Assembly (NCBI GenBank): GCA_951406725.2 | Contig: OX597820.1 | Location: forward strand, 37,262,001-37,326,000 | Origin: Octopus vulgaris | Taxonomy: Eukaryota | Direction of reading: 5' to 3' | Length of the DNA: 64,000 nt | Shown here: piece after piece, positions 11,066-26,370 of the stretch | Position numbering within the stretch: position 1 is the first letter of the stretch | How the letters are laid out: every line of letters starts with the position of its first letter | Notes under the pieces: generated by a model | What the model was told of the DNA's origin: nothing | Database searches by the model: none | The model's input: the letters and a program-made list of their open reading frames with translations, nothing else | Translations under genes and position numbers: made by a program

Positions 11066-12670
11066 AGTGCCTTAAAGGTATGAATCTTAATGAATATCTT
11101 ATTCAGTCATCAGCTGTGTTAATTAGAACTGATCTACAGGAAATCCTTATGTTTATATATTTTCAATTTACCAGCTATATTTTTATTCTGGGCTACTTCC
11201 TAATACAATCTGCCACTTTTTATGAACCTGACCTGGTAACTCTGTATTGTGGCAGACCTTAAGAACTGAAACTGAAAGGGAAAGTTTTTCTTCCTTGAAT
11301 GCTCCTGTTGTGTGTAAGATTGATATTGTTGAATATTTGCATGTAGTTTGATAAACTTCAAATCTTTATATATTTTAAAACTTTCATTATATTTTGAATG
11401 AAATAGGGTGCTTTCATTTACATTCATTTTGAAAAGAATTAAGAATTTTGTGAAGCAAATTTTGTCATTTTTAAGCTGGTGTTCAGAGCACAAATTAACT
11501 GAAAATTTTGACGGAAGGTCTCAATTTAGATTACTGTAAATTAGGAAGTTTGTGTTATAGAATCGGGGGCAGTTGCAGTAGTGTTGGTGCCAAAAGAGTT
11601 AATCAAGGTAATATAATTTTTTGATATGTATTGACTATTTGGTGAAAGTTGTTGGTATAAATGCTTCCATGGATATTGGTCACAGAACTTAATATTAGTT
11701 GAGGCAAAGTATGTTAGAAGAGTGTTCTGTATATTGGGTATAATATAATGTGGCCTCACTTATGTAATATAGTGAGTTAAAAAATTTGGTTAACTTAGAG
11801 TGACCATGCAGTCTGAAGACAAAAGATATCCCTTCCAGTGGGTGTGCAACCTTTTATAAACACCAAAAAAGGGAATAACTAGTAAAATTAAGTTAAAATT
11901 TTAGAAACCGAAGACTATCAGATATGAGTGGTTATGGTTATTGTTTTTAAAGCCAACAAGTAATAGAAAGGTATATGTTTCAGTTTTATTAGACCTACTC
12001 AGCAATGCATACTATTTGTTGGTGAGATTTAGAAGTGATCAGTTTACATATAGAAATACTGACTGTATTGACATTTAATATTATTACCCATAAAATGGTT
12101 TTGGGAAATATTTCAGAAAAGCATTTTTCATTCTAGATACATGTGCAGGAAGGTCCTAAAATGTTTTTGTTTTTTTCCTGAACTATATCAATGGGAGATA
12201 GCCTAAATAGAAACAAATGTTATATTCAGTAATCGAGCATCTGAAAGATTTTTTGCAGTGGAAGATAAAACATCTGATTCAGTTGTATTATGTCCATTAT
12301 CTGATTTAGTTGTGTTCTGCTCATTATGCTGGTGCTTAAAAACCTGTATCATTCTAAGTGCACATCTTTAAACGTGTCCATTCCATTTTCTTTTAAAATG
12401 TTCAAGCCATGATCACCATTTTTTTTAAAAGAGCATAACCATCTTACATTCTGAACATGACTCAGCTATTTTGAAATCATTCACACTATGACCATCCCAT
12501 CCCTTTTTCCCAGCAGGTTATTTTTCCCTAAGTGCATAACCATTACAATGGTGACTATTTCTATTTTTTGTAACCCAAAATCTGCCTCGTACCACACTGC
12601 AATTTTTTTAAGGACAGCACTGGAGATAATGTAAAGCAGAATGCACTATGCTTTAAAAATAAAAGATGGA

Positions 12671-13025
12671 ATCATCATCATCATCGTTTAACGTCCGTTC
12701 TCCATGCTAGCATGGTTGGACAGTTCGACCGGGGATCTGGGAAGCCAGAAGGCTGCACCAGGCTCCAGTCTTATCTGGCAATGTTTCTACAGCTGGATGC
12801 CCTTCCTAACGCCAACCACTCCGTGAGTGTAGTGGGTGCTTTTTACGTGCCACCTGCACAGGTGCCAGGCGAGGCTGGCAACGGCCATGGTCGGATTGGT
12901 GTATTTTACGTGCCACCGGCACGGAAGCCAGTCGAGGCGGCGCTGGCATTGGCCACGAGTCGGATAGTGCTTTTTACGTACCACCAGACCAGGGATCCTG
13001 GCTGGTTCAATTCGATTTCGATTGC
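12671..13025 (-). mobile_element. RTE 3'UTR/tail fragment
   Basis: (ATC)n tail and high similarity to 7550-7869 and 8560-8800. Confidence 0.85.
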
Positions 13026-13149
13026 TTTTAAATAACTAGTAACAGCAGTACATACACATTAGTGTGTGGGAGTACTACAGTCAACTATGCTAGCAATAGC
13101 AGCTACATCTTTGTCAACACTAATTAGTTATGTTGAATCCTGAATTTAT

Positions 13150-13620
13150 CTGATAAACTCCATTTTTTAATTATTACTAAATGCTTTCTGCGCTGTGCTT
13201 TTGAGAGTCTAAAGTAGGACATTGCCAATTCTACTGCAAAAGCAACTGATCCTGCCATGCTGCTGGTAGTTGAGACCATTGCTTCAGATCATGCTATTGC
13301 TGCCATTCTATGTCCTATGCCAATCAGGATACCCAGTGGCTTTCTATTCAAGAATACTTTTAGCTTGTGACCAAAGACATTCTTCTATGGAAACAATCCT
13401 ACGCTATTCTATGTAGAATCTTTAAAGAAGTGGACACACTATCTACTTAACTACTAATTCTAGTTGGTAACAAATCAGAAATCAGTTACCTTCGTGTTTT
13501 ATAATAGATGGAAGAGTAAAATAAAGAATGTAAAAACAAATTTTGTCTGTTTTCAATATGATATAACTGATAGGTCAAGGAAGGACAATGCTGCTGCTGA
13601 CTCTCTATCCTTGGTTTGGT
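13150..13620 (+). mobile_element. Ty3/gypsy pol remnant (RT linker and RNase H)
   Basis: Fragments translate to LVVETIASDHAIAAIL..GYPVAFYSRIL..ESLKKWTHYL..LVTNQKSV..FQYDITDRSRKDNAAADSLS, matching gypsy RNase H motifs (ETDAS, PVAFFSR, VTDQ, N..ADALS). Confidence 0.75.
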
Positions 13621-14099
13621 GTTGTTTAGCTGTTGCTCTTTTCTGAGCTGAACTCCATCCTGTATACTCCTGATACTTTTTAAGCTCCAAAGGAGTACTG
13701 TGAAGCAGTATTTAACATTAGACTGCTCACTAAGAAGCAACTGCAATGCCAGTCTAATCTCATCAACTTCAAAAGAGGCCTTTGTATTTGGCATGATGGT
13801 TTGCAGTAGGTGGTGAAGAATTGCAACTTTGACAACAACTGCATTGAAGTAATCCAAGCACTGCATGAAAACTCAATCCATGCAGTTCTCCTGAACAACA
13901 ACATCAAAGAATTCTTCAGGGCAGCAGTGGGTGTTCAATAAGGATGTATCCTCTCTTCAGTGCTTTTCAACATCATGCAGGAGACACTCGAAGACTACCA
14001 CTCCTCTGTTTCCATGAGAGGACATCCCATTTCCAACCTACAGAACTATAGAAGCTCACCACCACGCTGTGCCTATGGTAGAAAGGATTATTATTAAGT

Positions 14100-14315
14100 T
14101 GATGAGCTAGCAGAATGGTTACCATGGTGGACAAAATGCTTAGTGGCATTTCTTCCATCTTTACTGTCTGAGTTTAAATACCACCAAGGTCAGCTTTGTC
14201 TTTCATCCTTATCTGGTTGATAAAATAAGTACCCATTGAGTACTGGGGTTGATGTAATAAACTACTCATTTTCCCAAATTTCAGGCCTTGTACCTATGGT
14301 AGAAAGTATTATTAT
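14100..14315 (+). mobile_element. SINE family B
   Basis: GAGCTAGCAGAAT..AAAATGCTTAG..CTGAGTTTAAAT (B-box-like)..TTTCATCCTT..AAGTACC; (ATT)n end. Confidence 0.7.
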
Positions 14316-15869
14316 TAATAATCCACATTATCTATCTAACATATAACTGATCAATTGTGTGAGTTTGGTAATAACAGAAATCTTTGGGGTTGTCATAATA
14401 TCTACAGAAGTGAAATCATCAAAACACAATTTCAGAAAAGTTGATATTTAATAGTTTTATTTGATTTTCATAACGGTTTTGGTTTGTAGTATTTTATGTA
14501 CTGTGCATTGTTAATGGTAATTCATCCAAATAAGTTCTACTGAATGATTTCTTTAGAAATAATAACTAATAATAAGAAGAAATACTGTACTGTAGTATTG
14601 ACAGTCTGTATTTATCTCATTTACCTATTTATTTCATCTGATGTCTCCAAAGACAAATCTGAAAAGATTCTTCAGAGAACTATGTGACAAATGCTAAATG
14701 GTTGGAAAATAAAATGTCATGTTTTTATTCAACACAAATTAGTGATTAAATTCATAAAAACAAATAAAGGCTGGTAGACAATTTTAAGAAATTTAAATGA
14801 TAAATTCAATTATTCATATATTTATTGTCCTCATCATTTTGCATCTACTTTTTATAATGTCATTGTTTGGAATTACTTTTCTCTTAGGCTGGAGAGCTTT
14901 GTCTCTTGCATTTCAGTTTTGGCATGGTTTCTATGTCTGGATACCCTTCCTATCACAAAGTGTACTGGATGCATTTTATTGTGGCACCAGCACTCGACAA
15001 GTTGTACGTTCATAACAAAATGAAAGTATCTTATTGACTACCACATCCTCATTTTACAGTGTATTGAGTGGATTTTATCGTGGGATTAACAGTGGAGTTG
15101 CCTTGTATTACATAAAATTAAAGAATCCTCACTACGTTGTGGCATGTTCATTCACTCAGGACAATGTGACTGAGATGAATAGAAGAGAGTGATGACAGAA
15201 GAAGCAGGATGGGGGTAGAAACAGACTGAGTGAATGGTAGAGGAAGGGAGCAAGTTATAGTTAGTAAAGGAAGTGGACAAACAGTAGGTGTGAATATTGG
15301 ATGCCAATAACAGTGGCCTGGAGAAAATGGAGTGGTGACCAGAAGTATAGAAAGTGTCATGTGGTGCGTGCAGATCTGATACAATTCCTTATACATGAAA
15401 TGGAGTTATAAGGATGTAAGAGGTTAAGTTGTTAGAGAAATGGGCAAATCAGATAGGTTCAATGACATCTCTAGTTACATTGGAAGTTATGGTACAATGA
15501 ATAGGGGAGATACACTGGCAGTAGTGTACAGTCAAAGTGAAAAGAAGAGGATGGATAACGATAAGTGGTAGAGGGAAGAGCGTTAGAAAGATGAGGAGGG
15601 CAAGATGATAGCTATATATGTGTTATGCCTGCAGGCTAATAAGAGGCATAATATATATATATATTTGTATTTTACACATAAAATGATACATTTAGCTTTA
15701 AAAATGCATTTTTATTTATATTACTTTAAACTATTAGAAATGAAAATTTCACTGATGCCACTATTTTCAAAATTGATCCCCAACTCCTTTGTAAGTTGTA
15801 CAAGAATATATTTAAAATTTTAACATGCAGTACTTTGCTGCACTTTCATCATCATCATCATCATTATTA

Positions 15870-16085
15870 AGGTGGTAAGCTAGCAGAATCATTAGCTGGG
15901 CAAAATGCTTAGCAGTATTTCATCCATCTTTACGTTCTGTGTTCAAATTTCGCCAAGGTCGGCTTTGCCTTTCATTGTTGCCTGGTTGATAAATTAAGTA
16001 CCAGTGAAATACTAGGGTCAATGTAATCAACTAGTCCCCTATTCCCAAATTTAAGGCCTTGTGCCTTTAGAAATTATTATTATTA
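15870..16085 (+). mobile_element. SINE family B
   Basis: Same head and core as 14100 and 16365. Confidence 0.72.
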
Positions 16086-16111
16086 TTACGTTTATATATT
16101 TGTTGTGCAAG

Positions 16112-16323
16112 ATTTTGCCAGTTTAGCCAATAAAAACACGCGCACTATATATGACGGTTAGTAAGGAGAGACACAAATAAGAAAGAAGAAAACAAAGGAC
16201 AACTGATGCAGTCACAGGAGTGTGACGAAAGAACTCTGGCTGAAATAAGATTAAGATTAATGTAAAAAATAAATAACACCAAATATATAGTGCGTGTGTT
16301 TTTATTGGCTAAACTGGCAAAAT
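16112..16323. mobile_element. MITE with ~40-bp inverted repeats
   Basis: ATTTTGCCAGTTTAGCCAATAAAAACACGCGCACTATATAT and its near-exact reverse complement ending at 16323. Confidence 0.75.
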
Positions 16324-16364
16324 GACCATTCTGAAATATAACAATATTATTATTATTGTTATTA

Positions 16365-16785
16365 AGGTGACGCAGAATCATTAGCACACCAGGTAAAATG
16401 CTTAGCAGCATTTTGTCTGTTTTTATGCTCTGAGTTCAAACTCCACCAGGGTTGACTTTGCCTTTCATCCTTTCGGGGACGATAAAATAAGTACCAGTTG
16501 AACACTGGGGTTGATGTAATTGACTAATCCCCTCCCCCAAAATTTCAGGCCTTGTGCCTTTAGTAGAGAGGATCATTTTTATTATTAAAGGTGGTGAGCT
16601 GGTAGAATTGTTAGCACTCCAGGCAAAATGCTTAGTGGCATTTCATCTGTCTTTATGTTCTGAGTTCAAATTCCACAGGTCAACTTTGCCTCTCATACTT
16701 TTGGGGTTGATGGAATCAACTAGCCCCTTCCGCAGAAATTGATGGCCTGTGTCAAAATTTGAAATCATCATTATTATTATTATTT
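16365..16785 (+). mobile_element. two head-to-tail SINE family B copies (16365-16575, 16590-16785)
   Basis: Repeated GGTG..GCAGAAT/GGTAGAAT head, CTGAGTTCAAA B-box-like motif and (G/A)ACTTTGCCT(T/C)TCAT core. Confidence 0.75.
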
Positions 16786-16984
16786 AACATATTATTAACA
16801 TCTTTTTTCCATGCTGGCATGGGTTGGAAAGTTTGACAGATGGTCAGCTGGAGAGCTACCCATGCTCCATGTCTGTTTGTGAATTACAATAAAATAGATT
16901 TCAAGCAAATTTTTATTCTTTGAATATGAATGAGAATGGTTATTAAAAATAAAAGTTCTTTGCTTTTTGGAATTGATTGAAATA

Positions 16985-17772
16985 TAGCTGCTAGAATAAG
17001 AATAGCCAGGGCTTAGTTCAGAGAGGTCTTACCTCTGCTGGTGACAAAGAGCCTCTCACTCAGAGTAAAAGATAGACTGTATGACGCATGTGTACGAACA
17101 GCCATGCTACATGGCAGTGAAACTTGGGCCATGACTGATGAGGACATGCATAAGCTCGCAAGGAATGAAGCCAGTATGCTCTGATGGATGTGTAATGTCA
17201 GTGTGCATACTTAACAGAGTGTAAGTACCTCTCTCTCTCCTTCTCCTGCACTTCCCTCAGGTTGGGTAACCATGTATTTCCTTTGTGACAGCGCACCAGT
17301 TTCTGTCATCACTCCTGATCTCTCTCTCTCTCTCTCTCCAGCTGGGTAACCTTGTACTTCCTCTACAAGACACTAGTTTCTGTCTCTGTCTCACTATAAC
17401 CTTTCATCATCTGATACATGATCACTTCCTCCAATCCCCCCTCCCCTCTCAAAAGGTGTTTTTTTTGTCTTGCAGTCAGTGCAGGTGCCACTTAAAAGTA
17501 CCCATCCACACTGTCAAGTGGTTGGTGTTTGGAAGGGCATCCAGCCATAAAAACCGTGACAAAACTGACCTCGCCTGTGCTTGTGCCACATAAAAAGCAC
17601 TAAGTCAACTCTGCTGAATGGTTGATGTTAAGACGGGCATCCAGCTGTAAAAACCCTGCCAAAACAGTTGTAGAAGTCTGGTGCAGGCTTCTGCCTGGTC
17701 AACTTTTGTCAAACCATTCCACCCATGCCAGCATAGAAGGTGGACATTAAACGATAATGATGATGATGATGA
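16985..17772 (+). mobile_element. rearranged RTE fragment (ORF piece 16985-17230; 3' tail 17470-17772)
   Basis: Closely similar to 6905-7145; ends in (GAT)n. Confidence 0.75.
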
Positions 17773-17834
17773 TAGACAACGAAAGTTTGGACCAAATGAA
17801 GAAATGTATTTTGTATATTATGCTGTTTTATTCG

Positions 17835-18190
17835 GTGTGCATGTGTAGTGAAGAAGTTTGTTTCCCAACCACATGGTTTCAAGTTGAACCCCACTATAGC
17901 ACTGGGCTGACCAAAATTTTGTGAGTAGATTTGCTAAACAGAAACTGAAAGAAGCTTGCTGTGTGTGTGTGTGTTTATATCTCCTTGATTTCAAATCACA
18001 TGATTGTTGAAAAGAATGTTATTCATTTCCAGTATTCTGCAAAAACATATTGGACCATGGAAAAATATTACCTTGCTTAGACACAATTAAGGACTAGTGA
18101 CAGGTAAGACAGCTGGCCTTAGAAAATCTGCTACAGCAAAAGCCATCTGACTCATGCAAGCATGGAAAAGTGGATGTTAAAATAATGATG
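17835..18190 (+). mobile_element. SINE family A
   Basis: TTCCCAACCACATGGTTTCAAGTTGAACCCCACT head and GACCAAAATTTTGTGAGTAGATTTG core. Confidence 0.6.
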
Positions 18191-18381
18191 AGAATAAAGA
18201 GATAATAATTGTAGGATTTTCTAAAACTGTTCTACAGAATGTGATATTGTGGCCAGTCTATATAGCTTTCCTTTGTTCTGCTATAGTCCCGACTATTTAT
18301 TGATATTCTAATTTTCAATATCTGTGTCAAGTATTTTCTCTCCCATAGTCTTTGTTAACACTGTATTGCTCTTTATGCCAG

Positions 18382-20540
<2,159 letters not shown>

Positions 20541-21129
20541 AGAACACTTGCTGATTTTTACAATGAAATATTTTTGAGAAATATTTAATTATGTAAGCAC
20601 AGATTGCTTGTTAACTCTGAAGGCATGTCACTGTCATTAAAAAAATATGCCTACATATAAGGATTTATTTTACCTTAATACAAACAGGTGATTTTGTAAA
20701 ACCGATACCCCTATGATAAACAATATTAAATATTTAGTTGTAATACTTCATTTTACCTTCATAAATGTATTCATTTAGAGAATTATCTCAGATTTAAAAA
20801 AATGATTGACAGCTATTATATAGTGTCATATCATGTATGACCATAATATATATTTTTGTGAAATGGTATATTCTATGTCTAAAAGTTAATCTACAAACAA
20901 ATAGACAAGCCATATCATAAAACAATATCTAAGCTACAATAGAAGTGCATTAGTTAAGTTCCTTGTTAACATCCATTATGTATTAGAAAATGGAGCCATA
21001 ATTATCTCAGAATTACAATGAAAACATAAAACATCAATTTCTGTTGTTCTTATCTTTGTAAAATGTGAATTATCATTGATCTGAACATAGTGTTTATTAT
21101 CTACAATTAATTGTTTTATCTGTAACAGA

Positions 21130-21470
21130 TGCATGAATATTGCTGTAAGTTGTCATAGACAAAACTGAAATGCAACAAATCTGGGATGTGCAGAAGAAAA
21201 TCAAGGATATCATGGACAGAACATCAAAATGTTAAAGATAAACAGAATTTTGGGATTTACCATTGCTGAAGTATATTATGAATACTTTGAAAATATGAGA
21301 TGCAGTACAGTATTATTAGATAGGAAAGATAAATGGAAACAGAGAAGAGACTAGAAAATACATGAATAGACAATATCAAAGAGTGGATTGAGTTAAACTG
21401 GTAATGTCATTATAAGAATGGAATGAAATGGGACAGAATGGTTATCTGTGATAGTTGACCTGTATATGTG
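21130..21470 (+). mobile_element. old RTE-like LINE 3' remnant (inverted partner at ~22635-22800)
   Basis: Degenerate GKING..R..DNIKEW-like translation; ATGGGACAGAATGGTTATCT shared with 22640-22665(-). Confidence 0.45.
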
Positions 21471-21594
21471 GAATATCATCTGCATATGTTATTTCAGTGT
21501 GATTTTCTGTGTATATTATCTCTACTGTTTAGTGTATACAACTTCTGTGTGACATTTTCTATGTGTATTACCTTTGTCATATTTTCTGTATATT

Positions 21595-21940
21595 GCACAG
21601 GCATGGTTGTGTGGTAAGAAGTTTTCTTCCCAACTATATGGTTCTGGGTTTAGTCCCACTGTAAGGCACCTAGGGGAAAGTGTGTTCTACTATAGATCCA
21701 GGCTGGCCAAAGCTTTATGAGTAGATTTGGTAGACAGAAACTGAAAAAAGTCTTGTCACATATATATACTTGTTCCCCACCACTGCTTGGCTACTAGTAT
21801 TGGTTTGTTTATGTGCCTTAAGTTAGCAGTTCAGCAAAAAGAAACTTAGAATAAGTACCAGGCTTAATAAAAAGAAAAGTACTGGGGTCAATTAAACCAA
21901 TCAAGTGGTTTAATGACTGAGATTAGTAAAAGATAAAGGA
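21595..21940 (+). mobile_element. SINE family A
   Basis: GCACAGGCATGGTTGTGTGGTAAGAAG..GGTTCTGGGTTTAGTCCCACTG head (A/B-box-like); AGAATAAGTACCAGGCTT 3' part. Confidence 0.72.
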
Positions 21941-23039
21941 TATAGCCTTAGAGTGATATATTTTGTATATATAACCTCAGTGATATTTACTCTATATTTA
22001 TGTGTATTTTCTCTGTATATATTACCTTAATGTAATATTTTCTTTAAAACAAAATTGAAGCCTCATCCTGTATTTACTATATCTAATAGTGAAAATGGCT
22101 CATGTTAGTTATAAAGACTTAGTGACCTGCAGAGAATGTGAATAAAACCATTATAAAATGTTACTGATTTTTTTTGTGATCACATTTTATATGGAAATAT
22201 TGAATAAACAAAAAATTGTGACAACTACAGCTTTTTAAAAAAAAGAAAACTTTGATTAAACTTTTTCATATAATATCTTTCTCAACTATAGAAATGCTTG
22301 CATATAAGAGATATTATGCAGAAGATGAAAGCTAAGCAAGTGCATCTACATTAACAAGTAGGTATCAATTCATCTCACAGACAATACAAACAGTTACCTC
22401 TTTTTAAATATACCCACACTATATCAAGTTAACTTATTACATTGATATGCCACACTTGAGGTCATCCTGGGAGTCTTCTCCATTTATTGTCAATCTCAAG
22501 TCCATAATGCTAACGTTTCACTCTCATATAACATAATCATCCTGACATGAAGCATGAATACTGACTCTCTCAATATTACTTGACAACTACATTGATATTA
22601 AATATTTGTTATCATTATATTTCATTTGTTTATAGGTCATTGTAGATAACCATTCTGTCCCATCTCATTTTTATAGTGTAATTGTATCCATTCTGTGATG
22701 CCTGTCCACATATTTCTTGGTCCGTCACATCTGTACCATTTATCTTTCCTTCCAAAAAATATATTTGTCACAAACATTTCTAAGATATTGGTGTTATGAA
22801 GGGTAACCAACTGTAGAAACCATACCAAAGTTTTCTGACTTGCCAGCTCCTGTCAAACCATCCAACCCATGCCAGCATGGGAAATGGATGTTAAATGATG
22901 ATTGGATGTTTTATGTTCAATCCATGATACATGTCAAGAATGATAAACAAAATGCAAAATTGTGAAGAATGTTCAGAAGTCTAAAACATAAATGCCAAAG
23001 TGTCAGTGATATACATAAATTCATTTATTACAAAATGTT

Positions 23040-23410
23040 ATTACTTATAGAAAATATTTTATTATAGATATCACATAGCTATGATTTATTGCTTATGTGG
23101 ATACATTTGTGCAGAATTAAATCACTACTTCCAAAAAATATTACAGTTGTACAGTCATTTTCATTGCAAATATGTTGGTGCCAAGAGAAATGATCACTTT
23201 GTGAGGATGTTTTACCACAAATGTCACAGTGTAATAATGACCTTTCACCTGTATGAATATAATGAATATATTTGTCAGAAGACAAAAATCACCACTTCTA
23301 GAAAATATTATTTTCTGTGCTGTGACAGTCTTTCTCCTGTGTGAATACATATGTGGGAAGACAAACAGTCAATTGAAGAAAATGTTTTTTTTCTCACAAA
23401 TATCACAATG
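23040..23410 (-). pseudogene. decayed zinc fingers downstream of the gene 2 stop
   Basis: TAA is followed in frame by HCDICEK; later [30 protein letters not shown]-like remnants. Confidence 0.8.
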
Positions 23411-24658
23411 TTATAGACTTTCTTCTGAATGAATACGTTTGTGCTGATTTAAATTACTATTTTGAGTGAATGTTTGGCCACATATATCACAGTGGTATGG
23501 TTTTTCCCCTGTATGAATACGTTTGTGTCGAGATAAATGACTATTTGTAGAGAATTTTTTATCACAGATATCACATTGATATGGTTTCTCTCCTGTGTGA
23601 ATACGTTTATGTTTAAATAAACTACCGCTTTGAGTGAAAGTTGCACCACAGATATCACAGTGGTAGGGTCTTTCTCCTGTGTGAGTACGTATGTGGGAAG
23701 ACAAATTACTACTTGTATAAAATTTTTTATCACAGATATCACATTGGTATGGTTTCTCTCCAGTGTGAAGACGTTTGTGTTTAGATAAGATACCACTTTG
23801 AGAGAATGTTTTACCACAGATATCACATGCATATGGCCTTTCACCTGAATGAATATGTTTGTGCAAAGATAATTCACCACTTCTAGAGAATGTTTTTCCA
23901 CAAATATCACAGTAATATGGTTTTTCACCTGTGTGTGTACGCTTGTGGCTAGACAAATAATCGCTTCTAGAAAATGTTTTACCACATATATCACAGTAAT
24001 ATGGCTTTTCTCCAGTGTGAATAAATTTATGTGAAGACAAATGATCACTTCTAGAAAATGTTTTACCACATATATCACAGTGGTATGGTTTTTCTCCTTT
24101 GTGGCAACGTCTATGGGAAGATAGTTCATCAACTGTTGAAAACCTTTCACTACAAATATCACAGTTGTATGGTTTTTCACCTGAGTGTATGCGCTTGTGT
24201 TTTGATAAACTACGACTTCCAGAATATGTTTCACCACAGATATCACAATGATATGGTCTTTCTCCTGTGTGGATTAATTTGTGAGAAGACAGCTGACCAC
24301 TTCTGGAAAATGTTTTACTACAGGTGTCACACTTGTAAGGTCTTTCTCCTGTTTGAACACATGTGTGTGAAGACAAATGATCTGTTGTAGAAAATGTTTC
24401 ATCACAGATATAACATTGGTATAGTTTATCTCTTGTGTGAATACCTTTGTGGCAAATTAACAAATTGCTGCTGGTGAACTGTTTATTACAAACTTCACAT
24501 TGGTACAGCTTAGAGGATGAGTGAGTTAATTTGTGTTGTCTTAAATTCTTTCTTGTGAATACCTCTCCACATATATCACAAGGATGTGATTTCTTGTTCA
24601 TATTTTTCTGTATATTAGTAGATGCATCAATATTCTCAGTTTCTGCTTTTTCATTCAT
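23411..24658 (-). CDS. tandem C2H2 zinc-finger protein (14 fingers, third atypical)
   Basis: 415-aa ORF of CxxC..HxxxH repeats with TGEKPY linkers after a ~26-aa leader. Confidence 0.95.
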   Translation of the reverse strand: MNEKAETENIDASTNIQKNMNKKSHPCDICGEVFTRKNLRQHKLTHSSSKLYQCEVCNKQFTSSNLLICHKGIHTRDKLYQCYICDETFSTTDHLSSHTCVQTGERPYKCDTCSKTFSRSGQLSSHKLIHTGERPYHCDICGETYSGSRSLSKHKRIHSGEKPYNCDICSERFSTVDELSSHRRCHKGEKPYHCDICGKTFSRSDHLSSHKFIHTGEKPYYCDICGKTFSRSDYLSSHKRTHTGEKPYYCDICGKTFSRSGELSLHKHIHSGERPYACDICGKTFSQSGILSKHKRLHTGEKPYQCDICDKKFYTSSNLSSHIRTHTGERPYHCDICGATFTQSGSLFKHKRIHTGEKPYQCDICDKKFSTNSHLSRHKRIHTGEKPYHCDICGQTFTQNSNLNQHKRIHSEESL

Positions 24659-26049
24659 AACTTTACTGTTTAATCTATATTATCTTCTGTAAGATGATCT
24701 ATTAAAAAATAATTCAAGTGGATTTCTTAAAATGGAATCTTGTAATTAATGATGAGCAACTAAAAGAACATTAAACTCATCCGAATTAACAAGATATATT
24801 TTTGTTATATTAGTAATCACACATAAGAAAATTACAATTTCATGGTAAATCTTCCAATTTTAATCTGCACACAAAATATTCGAGTAAATATTTGTATAAG
24901 AATTTTTTTAGAAATATTCTCACTTCAAAGGAAATATTTCACATCAATTCAACCAAGAGTAGTAGATATGGGCTGACATCAGCTTGATGAAGTTATTTTT
25001 AGTTTTCCAAGATTGACGATCCATGAAACATTTTTATCTCAGTGTCATCAAATAACCTGAAATAAAGACAACATAAGACATAAAGGACAATGAAGTATTA
25101 ACATGTTGATTATTGGAGAAAATAGCTGACCATAGATATTGAAAGTTAGAACCGAAAGAAACAGAACATGTTTACAGAGAACAGACACTTTGGTATATAT
25201 ATGTAGTAGAAATGAGTAAGGACTAAAAGTGTGGATAAACCAAGCTCAGCCGACCTAGAACATCCTAAAACTATATTTTTCACCAGATCCAAGCAAACAA
25301 AAATTCATATCTACATCATTTGAAATGTTAGTTACTTAATTGAATCAGGCTTCTGGAGGTAAAAGACTTATGATTATAGTAACATTTAAATATTTGAGTG
25401 AGAAAATTCATTGTAGGACTTGAATAAGGGTTAATATAAAGCGTTACGCATATCAGAAAATGATATTATAATGATTTTATTAGAGGTAGGGCAAACCTTT
25501 ACATTTTCACCGTGGACTCAAAAGAATACACAAGGAAATTCATATATTTGATCAAGTTTGAATGACGTGAGGGAAGGGGGAACCTGTAGTTTTGGACTAG
25601 CAACTCGTTTGAACGAAAAGTTATGTTCAACAAATGAAAAATTCCTTTTCTCTCGAAGTATCAGTTCTAAAACTTCAGACATTTCACTATACAGCATACT
25701 AGTTTATCAAAATTCATTACGTTCACTCTCATCTTTTCGTGTTAATACACAACATGGGATACACAGAAGCGATACTTCTTGTTTCGCCGCCTTAACTACT
25801 TATTGTTTTAAAATTTAATGATTCGGTTACTGTAAACTGAAAAGACACATTTGAATTCACAACAGTTATGTAAAGGATCGCCGAAGTTGAATGAATTATA
25901 ATAAAAATTAAAAATAAATTTCCTGCAAAGTATATTAACTACGGGTTTTAAACCAAGATAGAAATTAGAGATAATGAAGCAAAGTAAAAATGAGGAGGTA
26001 AAACCATAACTTGAACGGAGCAAGAATGGCGCAGATGAAGTAGAAATGT

Positions 26050-26370
26050 AAATATAAAACAGAGAATGTGTAAATTATAAATGATACTTACATAATATAG
26101 TTAATAAAATGAAATGAGATGTACTGAAATAGTAACTTAAAATTGACTTTCATCTACTTCTTACAGGATATCTCTATTGTCTTCTTCTGGCTAATGAACA
26201 ATGATTAAAATTAGTTACAGAAGTTAATAATTTACTACAGACAGACACAGTGTAAATAAATATTAAGAAATAATATGTCAACAGTGTTTACACTGATGAG
26301 ACATAGCGGAAGTATCATTGTTCAGGTTGGAAGAATTTACTTCTAAGCACTAGAGAGTTGTTCACTGGTT
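26050..26370 (-). promoter_or_regulatory. conserved non-coding 5' module of ZNF gene 2 (mini-exon 26123-26092)
   Basis: Reverse strand reads CTCTCTAGTGCTTAGAA|GTAAAT..ACTTCCGCTATGTC..TTGTTCATTAGCCAGAAG..TTCAG|TA..GTAAGTATCATTT, homologous to 2000-2330. Confidence 0.6.

Noticed and set aside
13486-13907. 126-aa and 75-aa minus-strand ORFs
   Set aside because: No recognisable domain; partly antisense to the gypsy remnant.
23449-24246. 265-aa alternative-frame ORF (also 32590-33387, 32065-32550, and antisense ORFs over the ZNF genes)
   Set aside because: Shifted and antisense frames of C2H2 arrays are commonly stop-poor, and the long shifted-frame ORFs start at non-ATG codons. The equal 265-aa lengths are explained by 84-bp periodicity. 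No independent coding evidence.
26293-26325. CTGATGA near the gene 2 5' module
   Set aside because: Lacks GAAA and stems; explained as part of the conserved intron.
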